64,000 nt of DNA from Glycera tridactyla (lineage: Eukaryota). The stretch lies in NCBI GenBank assembly GCA_965644265.1, contig OZ286459.1, forward strand, positions 140,554,001 through 140,618,000, read 5' to 3'. The position numbers were made by a program, and so were the translations under genes. The notes beneath the pieces were generated by a model, which ran no database searches, was not told the origin of the DNA, and saw only the letters and a program-made list of their open reading frames with translations. This document shows, one piece after another, positions 15,072 through 30,439 of the stretch. The first letter of the stretch is position 1. Every line of letters begins with the position of its first letter.

Positions 15072-16400
15072 ACTCGCCAAACACCCGACTCCTCGTATCA
15101 AGAGTTACTATCACATCCGCTGAAGCAATTTAGATACATTACCAATCAACTTTTTCACACCTTGTCTCATGGCGGTACACGAACACCTACATTATTTAAA
15201 TATCATGAGCAATCATGTGCTAATTGGAAACGCCGATACCATACTCGGGGGATTAATACTGAGTTAATATAGCGACATAACGGCATTGTTCAGCCGGCTG
15301 ACGCCTGTTAATCATCATGATAGAGTCAATACTACAGGGGAGTCACACTAATGCTTGACGTCAACGCCGCATGCAAGCACTCCCAATCGAACAAATATTA
15401 CATTTATCACCTTTTAGCAACCCCTAAAAGCAACACTTCCGTTTGTAGCACCCAAAGCTGCCGAATGTAGTCACCACCATATCAGCTTGTGGATCCAAAG
15501 TCAAAATTCTAAAGAAGCCGCAGTGGCCTTCCTGAGTTGCACCCGGTTCTATATTATTTTGGCAGCTTGCTGCAAAATACGGATGTGTTTTTGTGATGTG
15601 AGCACTCAATCCAGCTCAACCTCCAAACTATTACTCCATTGTTCCTTCTCTGCATTCTCCTAGTCTTATCCACCATGTACTTCCTTCCCTGTGAACGGTG
15701 CACATTTCTGCGAAGCTGTATTGTCTATCGTTCTTCTCCAGTATACTGCCTGATTATCCCTTTGTTACGTCTATGGTGTGAACTCTGTATATTTGATTTT
15801 CAAGTTAACATGAGTTACTTGTCTCCTAAATGAAAAAAATATTTGCTTGTTGCTTGCTCACTCACTTACTCACATAATCAATTACTTGTCCCCAAAGATA
15901 CGGGCGACTCCAGAAGATCTTCAATCACGAAGGCAGATGTAGTTAACTGACGTCACCTCATAAATGAAAAATCATTATAGAGTAATACCATATCCTGTGT
16001 AGTACCGTTATGGCCGTACTGCTCAACCTGCATGGGTGTACATCATCGTTCTGTGAACAAAATATCCCATATGATGACCAGATAATTTGTCCTAAAAGCA
16101 AGTGATATTAACATCGTTACTTATCATATTCCATGCAGCACTGGGAGCATGCAACTTTTCCGGGAGATTGTCTCAAGACAACCTCCGATGATATTCCTCA
16201 TGTCCAGATAACTGTCTGATCTCGATGTCATGGTGAACATAGTGTACAGGATAAGTCAGGGCCTCGGTGTCGCTGTTGATCGCATTTCCCGCAACTCAAT
16301 CGGATATCTCTTGGAGTGATAAACAATGCATGCAGCGGACTCTATCTATTCATCGTCATCAGGGGATTTTCTGAATTGCCACCCAGGACGTATTGCAATC

Positions 16401-17538
16401 TGGTGGGAGATGTATCATCCTCAAGTCGAAGCCATGCTTTCTCATTCACATACTGGCTGGTTGGAGATGTAGCATCCTCGAGTCGAAGGCACGCTTTCTC
16501 ATTCACAGACTGGCTGGTTGGAGATGTATCATCCTCGAGTGGAACCCATGCTTCCCCATTCACAGACTGGCTGGTGGGAGATGTATCATCCTCGAGTCGG
16601 AGCCATGCTTTCTCATTCACAGACTGGCTGGTGGGAGATGTATCATCCTCGAGTCGGAGCCATGCTTTCTCATTCACAGACTGGCTAATGGGAGATGTAT
16701 CATCCTCGAGTCGAACCCATGCTTTCTCATTCACAGACTGGCTGGTGGGAGATGTATCATCCTCGAGTCGAACCCATGCTTTCTCATTCACAGACTGGCT
16801 GGTGGGAGATGTATCATCCTCGAGTCGAACCCATGCTTTCTCATTCACAGACTGGCTGGTGGGATATGTATCATCCTCGAGTCGAACCCATGCTTTCTCA
16901 TTCACAGACTGGCTGGTTGGAGATGTATCATCCTCGAGTCGAACCCATGCTTTCTCATTCACATACTGGCTGGTTGGAGATGTATCATCCTCGAGTCGAA
17001 CCCATGCTTTCTCATTCACAGACTGGCTGGTGGGAGATGTATTATCCTCGAGTCGAACCCATGCTTTCTCATTCACAGACTGGCTGGTTGGAGATGTATC
17101 ATCCTCGGGTCGAACCCATGCTTTCTCATTCACAGACTGGCTGGTGGGAGATGTATCATCCTCGAGTCGAACCCATGCTTTCTCATTCACAGACTGGCTG
17201 GTGGGAGATGTATCATCCTTGAGTCGAACCCATGCTTTCTCATTCACAGACTGGCTGGTTGGAGATGTATCATCCTCGAGTCGAACCCATGCTTTCTCAT
17301 TCACAGACTGGCTGGTGGGAGATGTATCATCCTCAAGTCGAAGCAATGCTTTCTCATTCACATACTGGCTGGTTGGAGATGTATCATCCTCGAGTCGAAC
17401 CCATGCTTTCTCATTCACAGACTGGCTGGTGGGAGATGTATCATCCTCGAGTCGAAGGCATGTTTCTCATTCACATACTGGCTGGTTGGAGATGTATCAT
17501 CCTCGAGTCGAACCCATGCTTTCTCATTCACATACTGG
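16401..17538. repeat. 57-bp minisatellite, ~20 copies
   Basis: Unit TGGCTGGTGGGAGATGTATCATCCTCGAGTCGAACCCATGCTTTCTCATTCACAGAC (57 nt) repeated head-to-tail without spacers; matches the 19-aa periodicity in four ORF-track frames. One unit near 17460 is 1 nt shorter. Confidence 0.97.
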
Positions 17539-20339
17539 CGTATCAATACCTTCACAGCCTGAGTTCGAATGCAGTCACCAGACAGCAATTTATTTGTACC
17601 CATGGTATTATTCATTCGTCAATATACGGCAACATGGAATGGGAGGAAAGATTGGTCGATAAGTGGCTCGCAGATTAGATCTTGGCCGTTACACAATGTT
17701 TCACCTGAAAGATACACGTGTCACGTGACTGAACTCCAAGCTGAAGGGTTGGTTTGCTTGTTTTATTGGCCTGTTGGTATCATACTAGTGTTTTCATGAT
17801 ATCTCGAGTGTCTGTGAATTTTTTACCCTCGTCAGGGACCCGGGAGGAGGAGTGTTGTATAATCTCTCCATGCCAAGTGCATGGGCGTCACAATATATCA
17901 TATATGGCGCTTACGTAACGTTAAGCCAGAACCAACCACCCATGGTAAGAAAATGCAAGTACGTCACGTTAACTCGGAAAATCAGTCAAAGCAATTACGA
18001 TAGTCACCCCCTGTTCGTAGTGATATACGGCGATCCTGGCCACGCGGGTATTTGTGATGCTACATGTATTCCATTGAAATCAACCCTCGGGCCTTTCGGC
18101 CGCACCCATACAAAATGACAGTGCCCGGACTCTGGGACTACATGGGAATATGACGAAAACCCTGGTCCCAAACTTGGTCGGGTATGAAACATTATGATCC
18201 AAGCGCTATTTAGCGTGCCTAGTGGTAATCTCAACTTTATACATTATGAATATATGTGAGGTACTACATTGTGTTGGATATACAGCAATTTTAATTTGTC
18301 AATTTATCAATTCCTCTGACATAGGAGGTACATTAGAACCATACTTTCCATAGTAGAGTACATAACATCACAACAAATAAACTGTACATAGATTAGTACA
18401 GGACATAATGGGGTAGTGAAATATGGGCATAGTCTTGCATAAGGAAGATAATGGATACGATCATCCCATGATTGAAATCAGCTATAGTGAGCCACTCAAG
18501 AACACACAGAACAACATTGGCTACGTGGCAGAATATAAGCGACAAGGGATGGGAATGTGTCACTGGCAAACTTCCCATCTGTGATGAGGTTGCGTCCCAA
18601 TAGTTATACCCATATCTGAGTGGTATGCCTGGACTGAGTTTTGATCCCGTCAATTCCACTGAATTTTACGGGCAAAGCGGAAGGAATGGGGCACCTATAC
18701 CGAAATCGATAACCTGCATTTTGCCCTCACACACAACCAGAGAATATAACTCAGTCGACATGCACTAGGTTGGAATACATACCATTTTCATCCGTCTATA
18801 TATTCCCCGTTGATTTATTAGTCAAATATATTTGCCTCATCAGTTTTTTAGAACAGTTGTTGCATATTTTCAACGTCGTGATACTCATCCAAAGATTGCG
18901 TATTTATAAATGAGATTGCAATATATGTTGCACGGGGATGGTATTTGGGCGAATCACTCTGTGGCAGTCATAAGGATTTGTGTGTGGTATCCGAGCGTTT
19001 TATATCAGGAGCAAATCATTACTTATGGCAGCAGGAAGTGTTGCTGACATTCCTTCTTACAGCGCCGTCTCACAAGCAATTATCTGCCGCAACTAGTCAA
19101 TTTCCGCCTGTGGTGATGTCAGATTAGACCAGGACATCACAGCTTCACAGCTGCTGCTGCTACTGCTGCTGCTGTCAATGATTACAAATGTCACGATGGC
19201 ATAGTATCACGTTTAGCTGTTCAGAAAAGCCAGTAAAGACCAGTCGCTTTGCTAAGCTCCACTCTTTTGTTATGAAATAGCAGATGGAGCCCCTCCTTAT
19301 ATGGGTGACCAAGACGATCTAGTCTGCGATCTCATACCAGACCTTCACCCTTACCCTTTGCTGAGCCCCACCGCTGTATCATGTACCAGCAAGTAGAGTC
19401 TTTACTCACAAAACTGACCATAACCGACGTACCAGCGATTTCTCATCAGACCCCACAACACAACACAGAGGCCTCGACTGAGTAGAACTCAGTGAGGTAT
19501 ATACCTCACTACACGCAATATAGGTATGGATTGCTATTTGCCCATAGAATGCGAGGATTATCATCATATTTCAACCGTTAAGCCTTCAACACACCCGAAT
19601 TTTGATGGCTTAGACGGACAGGAAGGTATGAGGCTCCCATGTAGCTTTATTTAAAGGGGGAACGCACCCAGAACCAAAAGCTATAGCTTGCTGGTGAAGA
19701 ATAATATGTTCATAATGGCGATTGAACTTGTGTAGGATGATGGCTTGTGTACCCCTCCATTCGTCATATTATGACACTTTATTGTGTACTTCAGTGTTTG
19801 TTGGATAAATGTATGGTTAGGATATGTTCACAAAACGTTATACAGGCTTGCAATCCACCCGCTCAGCCTACCCGCGTAGTTTATACAGGTCATTGGTGAT
19901 GTCATATATATTGTTCATCGAATTGTGGGTACAAGTGTGGTCAGCAACTTCTCTTCCTCCCATCCCTCTAGGTTATAATAAAACAAAATCATTTGACAAA
20001 AATCTTGACTGTTTCCAGGTGAACAGGCAACACAGATTACATAAATACAATTACATTGCTACCCGTGATATATAAAATAACTGTCAAACACATGACTATA
20101 AAACGTAACTAATCCGTATTATTGTTCCGAGATATTAGTCATGACCACCTTCGATCGAACTCCTTCCAGGAACCTGATACCAGGGACGCATCCTTGAGAG
20201 ATGCTGGGCTGGTAATCAATCCAACCACCCCATGAGCATGCTTGCCGCTGTTGTACTACTGAGACACTTTTTGGAGGACCTCGCCAAGAGGATGACATCA
20301 GCAGCAACACCGACACCAACAATAATCCACTGGTCCAAC

Positions 20340-20800
20340 TATATTATGATTATCATTATTCTAATTATCAGTTTATCATTATCATTATTTTTCTAATTAT
20401 TATTATTATTTTCATCATTATTATTATCATTATTATAATCATTATTATTATTATTATGATTATTATTATTATTATTTTTATTATTATTATTATCATTATG
20501 AGTGATAGTGGGGCCACTGGTGCCTGTTGGATGAACCCTAGATCCTGGCTCCCTTCACGGCGGCGCCCACCACCATGGAGGAGCGCAGAGTCTAGAGTCC
20601 CTCCTGACGTCATGGTTACGGAGTCGACTGTGACGTCATGCAAAAACAGCGCTTGAAGGATGCGTCTTTCAAATCCCGGTCACAGTCCCCGAGTGTAGGA
20701 CGTCAGATAGGTACACAATCATTATTATTATTATTGTCATTATTATTATCATAATTATCATTATTATCATTATCATTACTATCATTATCATCAATATCAC
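20340..20800. repeat. (ATT/ATC)n low-complexity microsatellite tracts
   Basis: Two visible tracts, ~20340-20500 and ~20720-20800; similar tracts flank the gap at 21257-21641. Confidence 0.9.
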
Positions 20801-21661
20801 AATGATAGAATCTACAGGAATCAATACGCGACAATCTGTGAAAACACTGATAACCATTCCAAGAGTCAGATGTGAAATAACTAAAAAGAACATGTTCTAT
20901 CGTGGAACAAAATTGATGAACTAGACAAGCAAATCGACAATCCGAAACTACTTCGCAAGCATCTACTTCAACGTGAAATTGATCAACTTCAAAGACTCGA
21001 TTAGAACCCCTTCACTTATATATCAAATGATACGAAACAACTCATTATAATTTTCGAGATCTGTATCATATGTCGTGTTCATGTTGTACCATACTGTACC
21101 TTGTCATGTGTATAGTGTATATGATTGTTGTTCTCAAACAGTCCCGAACGTATCTGGCCTTCAGATATGGGACAATGTTGAGAGGAAAAAAAAGAATTAA
21201 AAAAAATATTATCATTATTATTATTATCATTATTATCATTATAATCATTTTCATTANNNNNNNNNNNNNNNNNNNNNNNNNNNNNNNNNNNNNNNNNNNN
21301 NNNNNNNNNNNNNNNNNNNNNNNNNNNNNNNNNNNNNNNNNNNNNNNNNNNNNNNNNNNNNNNNNNNNNNNNNNNNNNNNNNNNNNNNNNNNNNNNNNNN
21401 NNNNNNNNNNNNNNNNNNNNNNNNNNNNNNNNNNNNNNNNNNNNNNNNNNNNNNNNNNNNNNNNNNNNNNNNNNNNNNNNNNNNNNNNNNNNNNNNNNNN
21501 NNNNNNNNNNNNNNNNNNNNNNNNNNNNNNNNNNNNNNNNNNNNNNNNNNNNNNNNNNNNNNNNNNNNNNNNNNNNNNNNNNNNNNNNNNNNNNNNNNNN
21601 NNNNNNNNNNNNNNNNNNNNNNNNNNNNNNNNNNNNNNNNNATTATCATTATCATTTTCAT

Positions 21662-21713
<52 letters not shown>

Positions 21714-24700
21714 GCTACTGCTACTACTACATCACTTTTCAATTATTGTTACAGGACCAGGGATTTGAATAGAACTCATTAGAATCTTAATCTGGTATTG
21801 CATACAGTTCAAACACTGGTGAAAACTGAATTTCGCTATTCCACATATCGGAGACGATTTATTGCATTTTCATCAAAAGTTTTGTCGCGGTCTCCCCGCC
21901 TCTCGGTTTTATGCAAAGGTCCCCAGGTCTGGTATCATCGCAGCATCTACGTGTAATTTCATTTGTTGACCGAATTCTCGGATCGATACAAATCTCGCGT
22001 GGAAGTGCGAGAATTGATCCTGCCTCGATATGGGTGAGAACACATCTGACAGGTAATGGATGGTAAACGGTATTACCCTATGATAATATAATCCCTTCAT
22101 GTTTTTATCAGTCCCACTGAATTGATGCGATATTTATGCGGAGCGCAGCCGGCAGATTTGCCTACGGGCTCTGTTTATAGCAACAATCCCACTCTGGCTC
22201 CTATTAACCCTTAAATCCTCGCTGCTGTCTCGAATATGTACTTATCTTGTCCCGAGACCCTTCATTTGAGTCCACATATCTCCCGAATGAATAGGCAATT
22301 TCACTAGGTGTGTGACATGAAAAGTCGATGCACAGCATAATGCCACCCTCAACCATAACACTTGTAGAATTCGCCATATGTGTATCCCAGACTCTCCCTT
22401 AAGAGTTGCTGAATCCGGCATGTTTGTTGGAATGGCAGTTTGGGATATTGTCAAATATTATGCTATACCATAAACATGCAGTATTCCAGCAATATCCGTG
22501 TTCCAGGTTATACTTTGGATAATCGTATGTACATCATCTATATATGAGAAAATGATATCAATGATACATAATGCAAACATCATTTCGTTGATTAGATGAC
22601 AACTAGGGTGCTATTATAACTTCATGAAATGTATTACTCGAATAAATCCCAGCTCGTGGTAGCGAGGCACCGCCTCCAGTCCCCACACACAGGGTCGTGT
22701 TCGCCTGGAGATCCATGAAACAGTCCTCCGCACTTCAACAGGGACATCTCAGATAGCTATTAACACGGGCGTGATATTCAGTATCATCCTTACTGGCTGC
22801 TGTTAAGATGGTGCAGTTGGAGAAAAATAGAGTCAGCTCATAACTACATGGATCTACATAGCTGATGAGACATTTGTATGATCTGGGTTTAAGCGGCATA
22901 TTACCAGGTCATTACTGATACAATGAAAGATTATTAATAACGTATATGACATGTGGTGCACTTGATCGTATTGCGTAGGAATCTCCCATCGACCCACGCC
23001 CAGAGTGGGGGCCACACCCTTCCGATTCCGATACAGAAGACAGTGATGATTAGGAAGCTCCTACGCACTTACTTGATCTGAAGATGCAAATAGCAGTGAC
23101 CCACACAAAATCATTCACCTCCATGACGATGTAAACGACGCGTTTACAATATTTCTTGTCAATGAATCTTGTTGGACAATGAACGTTGTCTTTTGACTAC
23201 TTTTGGGGCTTTACAGCGTAAGCTACATAGCTCTATACTTCTTTCTTGAAAGAGCCTTCCTGTACATAATATTGTTTTCTGTGTTAAAAGTGTGCTTATG
23301 CAGATATGTTTGATGGGGCGTACATCATCCCAGGATCCTTGTCAAAATCAGTGGAAGATGAGCCGTTGGGGAAGGGCGTATCTTCCACTGCTCATTCGGG
23401 TGATTTCACGAATGTTTGTGCATCTCCGTCATGATAGAGTCACGGCTGCACTTTGATCTGTGGTCACACAAGAAAACGACCCGTGCGCAAATTCGTCTCA
23501 CAGTGTCTCGTTGGGTTTATTGGGTATCGCGAATAAAAATGTACACTGATCGTGAAAAATGAAGAAATAAGATTTGGCCACTTGTTCTTCGATATATAGC
23601 CTGGTGAATTATTGGTCAAAGATACCGTTCTTAGTAGTATGCAATTATAAATCACCCGAAATAGAATTTCAATCATTCGGATGCGAAATGTACAAAATGT
23701 AAGAAATGTACAAAAGGGACCAAATATCAATTTAGGTATGATGCAATCTGTCGCGGGATAACAAGAATCAACAGTAATGAACGATTGACTCGTTATCCCT
23801 CTCTCGGTACTGCCCAGTGGTGTCAAGAGGACGTTAAACAACACTCAGTTAATCAACCACTTGTCGTTGCCAATAGTGTCCACAACTGATACCCATCTCG
23901 CTATCATCCACTGTCATGCGTTTTCGATTCGAGGTTGAGTGTTCCATCCTATCAAGTATGGTCACCTATGTTAATGGGAACCCTACTCGGTGCTGGGTGA
24001 CAACACCTTCATACGACTCACCGTATGATTTCTAAGCCCCTCAAGTCAACTTACTGATCGCCCATGCCTGCGACCTCAGAACTGTCTGACCATGAGTCAG
24101 CTGTAGACCCAGACCCGATCTTCATAAAGATTTGAGGCCGAGGGCGTCAGCATCATCGAAGATAACGCCTTTCGAAGAATATGACCTGAAATTCAACATC
24201 ACATTCGAAGGGTAGCCAATCTTTCCGAGATAGAGATATCTCGATCGCTTTTTATCCGCATTTTTCATATGCCATGATCACCAAATCTTTTTGAAACAAT
24301 CAATGCTATGCGAGCATAGTCATCCACTTTCTTGTTCATTCACGTGACTGTCAATCCTGCATATTCTCCAATGGGTGCCTTGGCGCTCTTGTTTTCTATT
24401 CGATCAGACCATTTTGGTGATCAGATATTTCTCACTCCATCATCGCGGAACAACACTCACCCATCTGTGGAAGTTGAAGGATTGGTTGCAAGGGACACGA
24501 ATTTTTTCCCAACTTTGTACCTCAAATCCCATTTGTTCGTTTATTTGAATGTTTTGACTGATCTCAGTCCAGTACCACTGTCAGAGCCTGAAGATTCTGA
24601 TCTTCCCAGTGCTGCTGTTAGCTATTTATAGGTGATTGGTCTAATCTTGTGGAGGCGCGACCCTCTGCCTGTGGTTGAATTTTGAACCTCGTCTCATGTA

Positions 24701-25099
24701 CTTGCATGTGTAAGTATGTTGAGGAGATGTATCAGTGTAGCTGGTTTTTGTAGTCACTTATTGTAGCGTCACTGCTAACCCAGGACCATTGTTTTTCAGA
24801 TTCCAAGTAGGTACTCACACATGGTTAGTCAAATACCAGGATATCTTTGCGCAACTCTCAATCTCTTTTATTCTTCAGTAGCATCAGCCCATTCCACAAT
24901 GAACCAATGCGTCGAACATACATAATTTGATACTTTCCATCGTATCTGAGCGTCGCACCGTCCTTTTTATCCTTCCTCAAGAGAACCGAGAAGTGTAAAA
25001 GGTGGTGGGGTAGATTGGAAGTTCAGACACTGACATTTTTATACAAGGAATCGATGTGATATATCTCAATATGTGACTGGATGTAAGCTGGCAGGCAGG

Positions 25100-25420
25100 A
25101 GGGAAGCTTGGCTTCCTATCATTTCTGCGCCATTCCAATCAGTATTGGAGATAGCATGTAAGATAGGAATATATTTGCCCTGATCGCCCGGTCTGTAGAT
25201 GGGCCACTACATTTATGATGCCATTTTTCTTGCTGCATTCTGTGAGCAATCATCAATCTGCCCCTACCTGTCACCGCCTCGTACTTGTTCAGATAGTTAT
25301 TTCAGTGCCGGTCTGTCTGTATATCTGCCAGTGTTCACGTGTGGCACCCAGGTTACCTCCCTGACTTTGTCCTGTATTTTTCATAACTTTTCACCTTTCA
25401 CTGGGAACTCGGAAGGGGGG
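25100..25420 (-). mobile_element. Possible highly degenerate LTR-retrotransposon (Gypsy-like) RNase H remnant
   Basis: Minus strand reads YTDRPALK*L and WPIYRPGDQG, resembling the TDHxPLxxL and IxYRPG motifs. Multiple stops; weak evidence. Confidence 0.25.
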
Positions 25421-28400
25421 GGGGGCCTTGAACGATCCCAACCATGCTCATTGCATGGGCGCCATGATACAGCACATATGTCCGTGACGTTTTCCAGCTT
25501 ATGGATCCGGGANNNNNNNNNNNNNNNNNNNNNNNNNNNNNNNNNNNNNNNNNNNNNNNNNNNNNNNNNNNNNNNNNNNNNNNNNNNNNNNNNNNNNNNN
25601 NNNNNNNNNNNNNNNNNNNNNNNNNNNNNNNNNNNNNNNNNNNNNNNNNNNNNNNNNNNNNNNNNNNNNNNNNNNNNNNNNNNNNNNNNNNNNNNNNNNN
25701 NNNNNNNNNNNNNNNNNNNNNNNNNNNNNNNNNNNNNNNNNNNNNNNNNNNNNNNNNNNNNNNNNNNNNNNNNNNNNNNNNNNNNNNNNNNNNNNNNNNN
25801 NNNNNNNNNNNNNNNNNNNNNNNNNNNNNNNNNNNNNNNNNNNNNNNNNNNNNNNNNNNNNNNNNNNNNNNNNNNNNNNNNNNNNNNNNNNNNNNNNNNN
25901 NNNNNNNNNNNNNNNNNNNNNNNNNNNNNNNNNNNNNNNNNNNNNNNNNNNNNNNNNNNNNNNNNNNNNNNNNNNNNNNNNNNNNNNNNNNNCTTCCATC
26001 ACAGTGAGGGAGTCTGAGGGTGGTTAGTGGCCAGCGTGTAAGGCATGCACTTAGCGATAACGGGTTCTGACACGGCCATTCCTTCTGATCAGTCGTCTTA
26101 TCTGATCTAGTGCTCAGCCTGCCGCTAAATCCACGCACTAACCACAAAGACGAGCACACCACTCGTATGTGTACAAGCATCCGCCATTTATCCTGGTCCT
26201 TCTCAGCATTGATCTCGCTCCCAGCGTCTGCACCCACTCGTACCACAGCAGAACTGTCCCTCCATATATTTGTCGTGTATCTCCCATTTTACAAAATAGG
26301 TTGTGTGAGAAAGATGGAACTACAAAGACCACCCTCTGTCATATCAGAACGTAGTCTTGGTGGAGAGATGGCCCCTGTGGAGAGTTCGTTTGAGGTAGAA
26401 AATGATATCACAATCATAGCTGAGGGTGCCTTTCTCTGGACGTATCTTTCATATAATCCTTCTTTGAAAGACCGATCACTGCCGCCGTAGCCCATGCAAC
26501 ACAGCGATTTGAAAAAGCTGTTTTGAAGTGATCTCTACCATATCTGCTGTGGTCAATGTAGCATGATGACTACCACTGGCACTATAGCCGATGCAGATAA
26601 GTACCGCTACGGCTGAATGAAAATGAATTAGGTCGCCAAGTAGATCTGAAACTGAGGAAAGAAACTACCGAAACGGATGACTATGTCTGTATAGAGGGGA
26701 GAAGGAATCAGAATAGATGATTATGTCTGGACAGAGACAAGAAGGTATGAAAGAGATGACTATGTCTCAAACAGGGATAGGAAGGTGTCAAAATAGACGA
26801 TGATGCTATTCAGTCAACCACAGATCGATTGATCTGTGCCTGTGATACTAGAGTGAAAATGCGATTCTAAAAGCGGGCATATCCTCGAAATAGGCCAACG
26901 TACAGAGATACATATTATTATTATTGATGACATTCATAAACAGTGTCATCATAGAGGGAGGCTTGGTTCCTGTGACATTCTTGAGTGAGTCCATCAGGAA
27001 CTAATGAGATGGAAGGGGCAGGAGAAGATGAGAGGAGGTCAAGGCATCCTGGCTGTGATTGCCGTATTATCTGCCTCCTAAATCCGGCTTAACTACATCA
27101 CCCACCGTAAATCCCCCTGCTCTTCTTCATCCATCCGCTTATTAAGCGATCGATCCCTCCACATATCCCTCATCTTCGTCACTGTTGGTTTCATGTGAAG
27201 TCATTCAGTGAGGCAATCATAAAGCGGCGAAATGTATGTGAGGATCTCAGCCTCCACCACTGCAGACCCGGATAGTTCTATTATCGGGCCGCACGCACTG
27301 GTGTCGCCACTGAGGAGTCAGCTACGGACTGAGTGATTGGGGCTGCTGAGGGTCACGGTTCTGAGGGGAAACTTGCAGTGAAAATTATCAGAAAAGGCTT
27401 GATTGAAATACTAGGTGTATTTTGGCATTGGATAGTATTCTTTCTTTATAGCGATCGTGACCCTTCATAGAGACACATATCAATACTTCAACATTGACTT
27501 TGAATACCATTGAATCACATCGACTAATGTGTGCTTTGTAACAGTGGCCTTGCAACTGTTCTGATGATAAAATTCGCCAAATAGTCAGCTGTGCATCGTA
27601 CCTTGTGCATATCCGTTGCATCTTGCCAGTGGAGAGCCCTCATCAAATGGTCATTTGCAGGAGTTTACGTTTTCATAATCAGTCATCACATGGACGGCAC
27701 AGCTATGCTGGGACGACTATGCGCTCGTTCAAGTATTTGCAGACGCGAGTGTTTTGTATGTGCTTGTGCTTGTACGTGAGTGTGTGTGCGTGTGTTTGTG
27801 GATTCTAACAAGTAGAAAGCGTGTGCGACGGGGCTGGCAAAATATCAATTGATGTAACAAAACAATTGTGCGCCGGTCCCGCTTTGGGTTTGGCAAACAA
27901 TTCTGCTGCTTAATGTATTCAAATCATGCACGGAATGAAATGTAAACATTCCTGTCTAGGTCGGTTTACATAAGATTATCCCAGGCGGCAATGGCAGCTA
28001 GCTGCATGAGCAGGAATTATTCTACATTTGGGATTCCACAAAACCTCTTGCACCAAGAAATAATTGCCTCGCTGTGATGAACTTACACAGTCTCAATTCA
28101 CCTCGACCTCTGTAAAATGTATAAATGTACTCGTCCCATTATTGGAAAATGATGGCACTTGGATTATCATCAATAATTTGCCAAGATTCGCTCGGCAAAT
28201 CTGATTGAGATTTTTGGAAAACGGAGACGGTAAATCTTGAAGCATGAGCACATACCAGTCCACTCAGACAAGCGAGGAGATGATGCTCGTCAACCAGATC
28301 CGCCATTTGAGAACAGACACCGATAACTTTTGGCAAATTTGGAAGTTTAAATTTTACACCAGACTCATTGAGAAAAGTCATATTGCTAAATTCTCATCAA

Positions 28401-30439
28401 GTATTCATATGTATTTATATCAGGATTGAATTTGGTGTCAACTTAATGCATGAATAATGAAACTTGTCTCATGATTGACGAAATGCAATGTCAAAATGTC
28501 ATATGATCGGTCCCCTACAGCTTTAGTGGATGCAGTTTGAACAGGGTTCACTTGGTTGAGTATGGTTCAAGCATAATGTGGCGTGATGTCAAATGAATGA
28601 GTAACGAGTGGTGAGGTAAGAGTGATGAGTCATTCTGGACAGTGTCTGTTGAGACAAGCCTCCGAGGTTGAGGTAGGCTGAGATCAAATGTACTACCCCA
28701 TGAAACTCGATTGCAACATAAATCCCGGCCAAGTTGAGGCCCAGTGAACTGATCCCATGTTCACTACATAACACAGTGGCCGACAATGGCTGACCTAGTG
28801 GAAGCCACGTGTACCAATCCCATGCTCGGACCCATGGTCAGCATATTTGATAACAGAAATGACACATTGAGTGTCTGAATTTCATTAAGTCACAACTTCT
28901 GCTGGGGACCCGGAAGTAGGAGTCTTGAATGATCCCGCCCGTGCCCATTGCATGTCCGTCACGATATAGCACTGGTTGAGCCGACGTGACGTTAGTCCGT
29001 AGCCAACCAACCAACCAACATAAATCCTGTGTAATCCATCAGAAATCCTATCGGCTGGTGTCGACATGGAGTTGAGTCGTCGTCATCATCGCAGCTACAC
29101 TGAAATAATGAAGATGACCAGAAAAATCTAATTATTTTGCAAATCCCAGAGACACATCACTGGATGCTGGTATCGATTTTCGGTTTTGACCTGAAATAAA
29201 TTTCAGTCCGATGACATTGAGTTCAAACAAAGTGGAATCCAACGTGGTTGATTGGAACACGTGAGTTCTCGATAAGATTGAAATTTATCATACCACTATG
29301 GTCACTCAACTTCCGAGGCAACTGAGACTATATCAAATTGAGGGCCAAGCTGTGCTGGCCAAATAGTAAGATTGCAATATCCGCTTAAGACACCTGAAAC
29401 CTGAGAAAAAGAAAAGCAGGAGGCGGAGGAAGAACAAAACAAGGTTGGGTGTGATGGGAGGCGGGTAGAAGGGGTCTTGGGTGATGATGATGGAGAAGAA
29501 TTAAAATTAACAGATTCATCCATGTAGTAATGCGTTAGATAGAGACATTCCTGTTCTTTACTGACCAGTGTTGCTCATAATGGTGAGCCGAGTCCCTGCT
29601 CGGATAGGTGATGAAAATGGACAGAGATATCTATCCAACACCATCCTTACAGCATTATATGTGCACAGATATATAGGATCTGGGCTTCTCACGAAGTACA
29701 CAGCTCTGAGTGAAACCTCTGTAGCTCACATCTCCATTTCATCTAGGTGTGAATGGGCATTTGGCTCTATGCTGTGATGGTGATGGTGGCTTTCGTGACC
29801 AATGCAGTTGACTCTGTGATTGTGTACTACCAAGAGAGATAAATGAAGTCCAAATAAACAATCCTACCAAGAATGTGAACTCGATGAGGATGCCATAATT
29901 CAAATAGGACCTCCTACTATAGTCTCTCATCCAGTCTGAGGTGCACAACATCTATGCGGAGACATCGTTCAGCGTGTTTCAACATTCATTTGGAGTTCCC
30001 TGATGATAGCCACTTCCTCATTTTGCAAGCTAACTATTGTCCGTGAGCACAGCATGTGGTATAGCACGCATCCATCACTCTCTCTGCACAAAGACTGCTT
30101 CCGTGACATAGATGGAGCGGCCTACTTAAATATAGATCACACACCTGGGTATGACGATGTAGATGGTAAACAGCTATGAGGGGACTACTTCGGATGAGCA
30201 CTGTCTCTATTCGTATTGTTCAATCATCTGTGCATGAATAAGAATGAGTTTTGCTTCAGGTTGCTTCAATTGTCTAATTCGGGAACTTCACTGTTGAGTG
30301 GAAACATCTCATTAGACACAAATGATGAAAAGATCATTCCAGATAAGTGAAACCTTGATGATAATGCTCAGATAGTAAGATAGCAGTGATATGGCGATGA
30401 ATAGATGGAGCACTCGTGGCTCAAGTATCAAAATCGTAG

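Noticed and set aside
18647-18657. CCGTCAATTCC resembling a conserved SSU rRNA primer site
   Set aside because: Only 11 nt match and the flanks do not resemble rRNA.
19650-19680. TTAAAGGGGG as the start of a TTAA-targeting DNA transposon (similar start at ~51229)
   Set aside because: I could not find a matching opposite terminal repeat.
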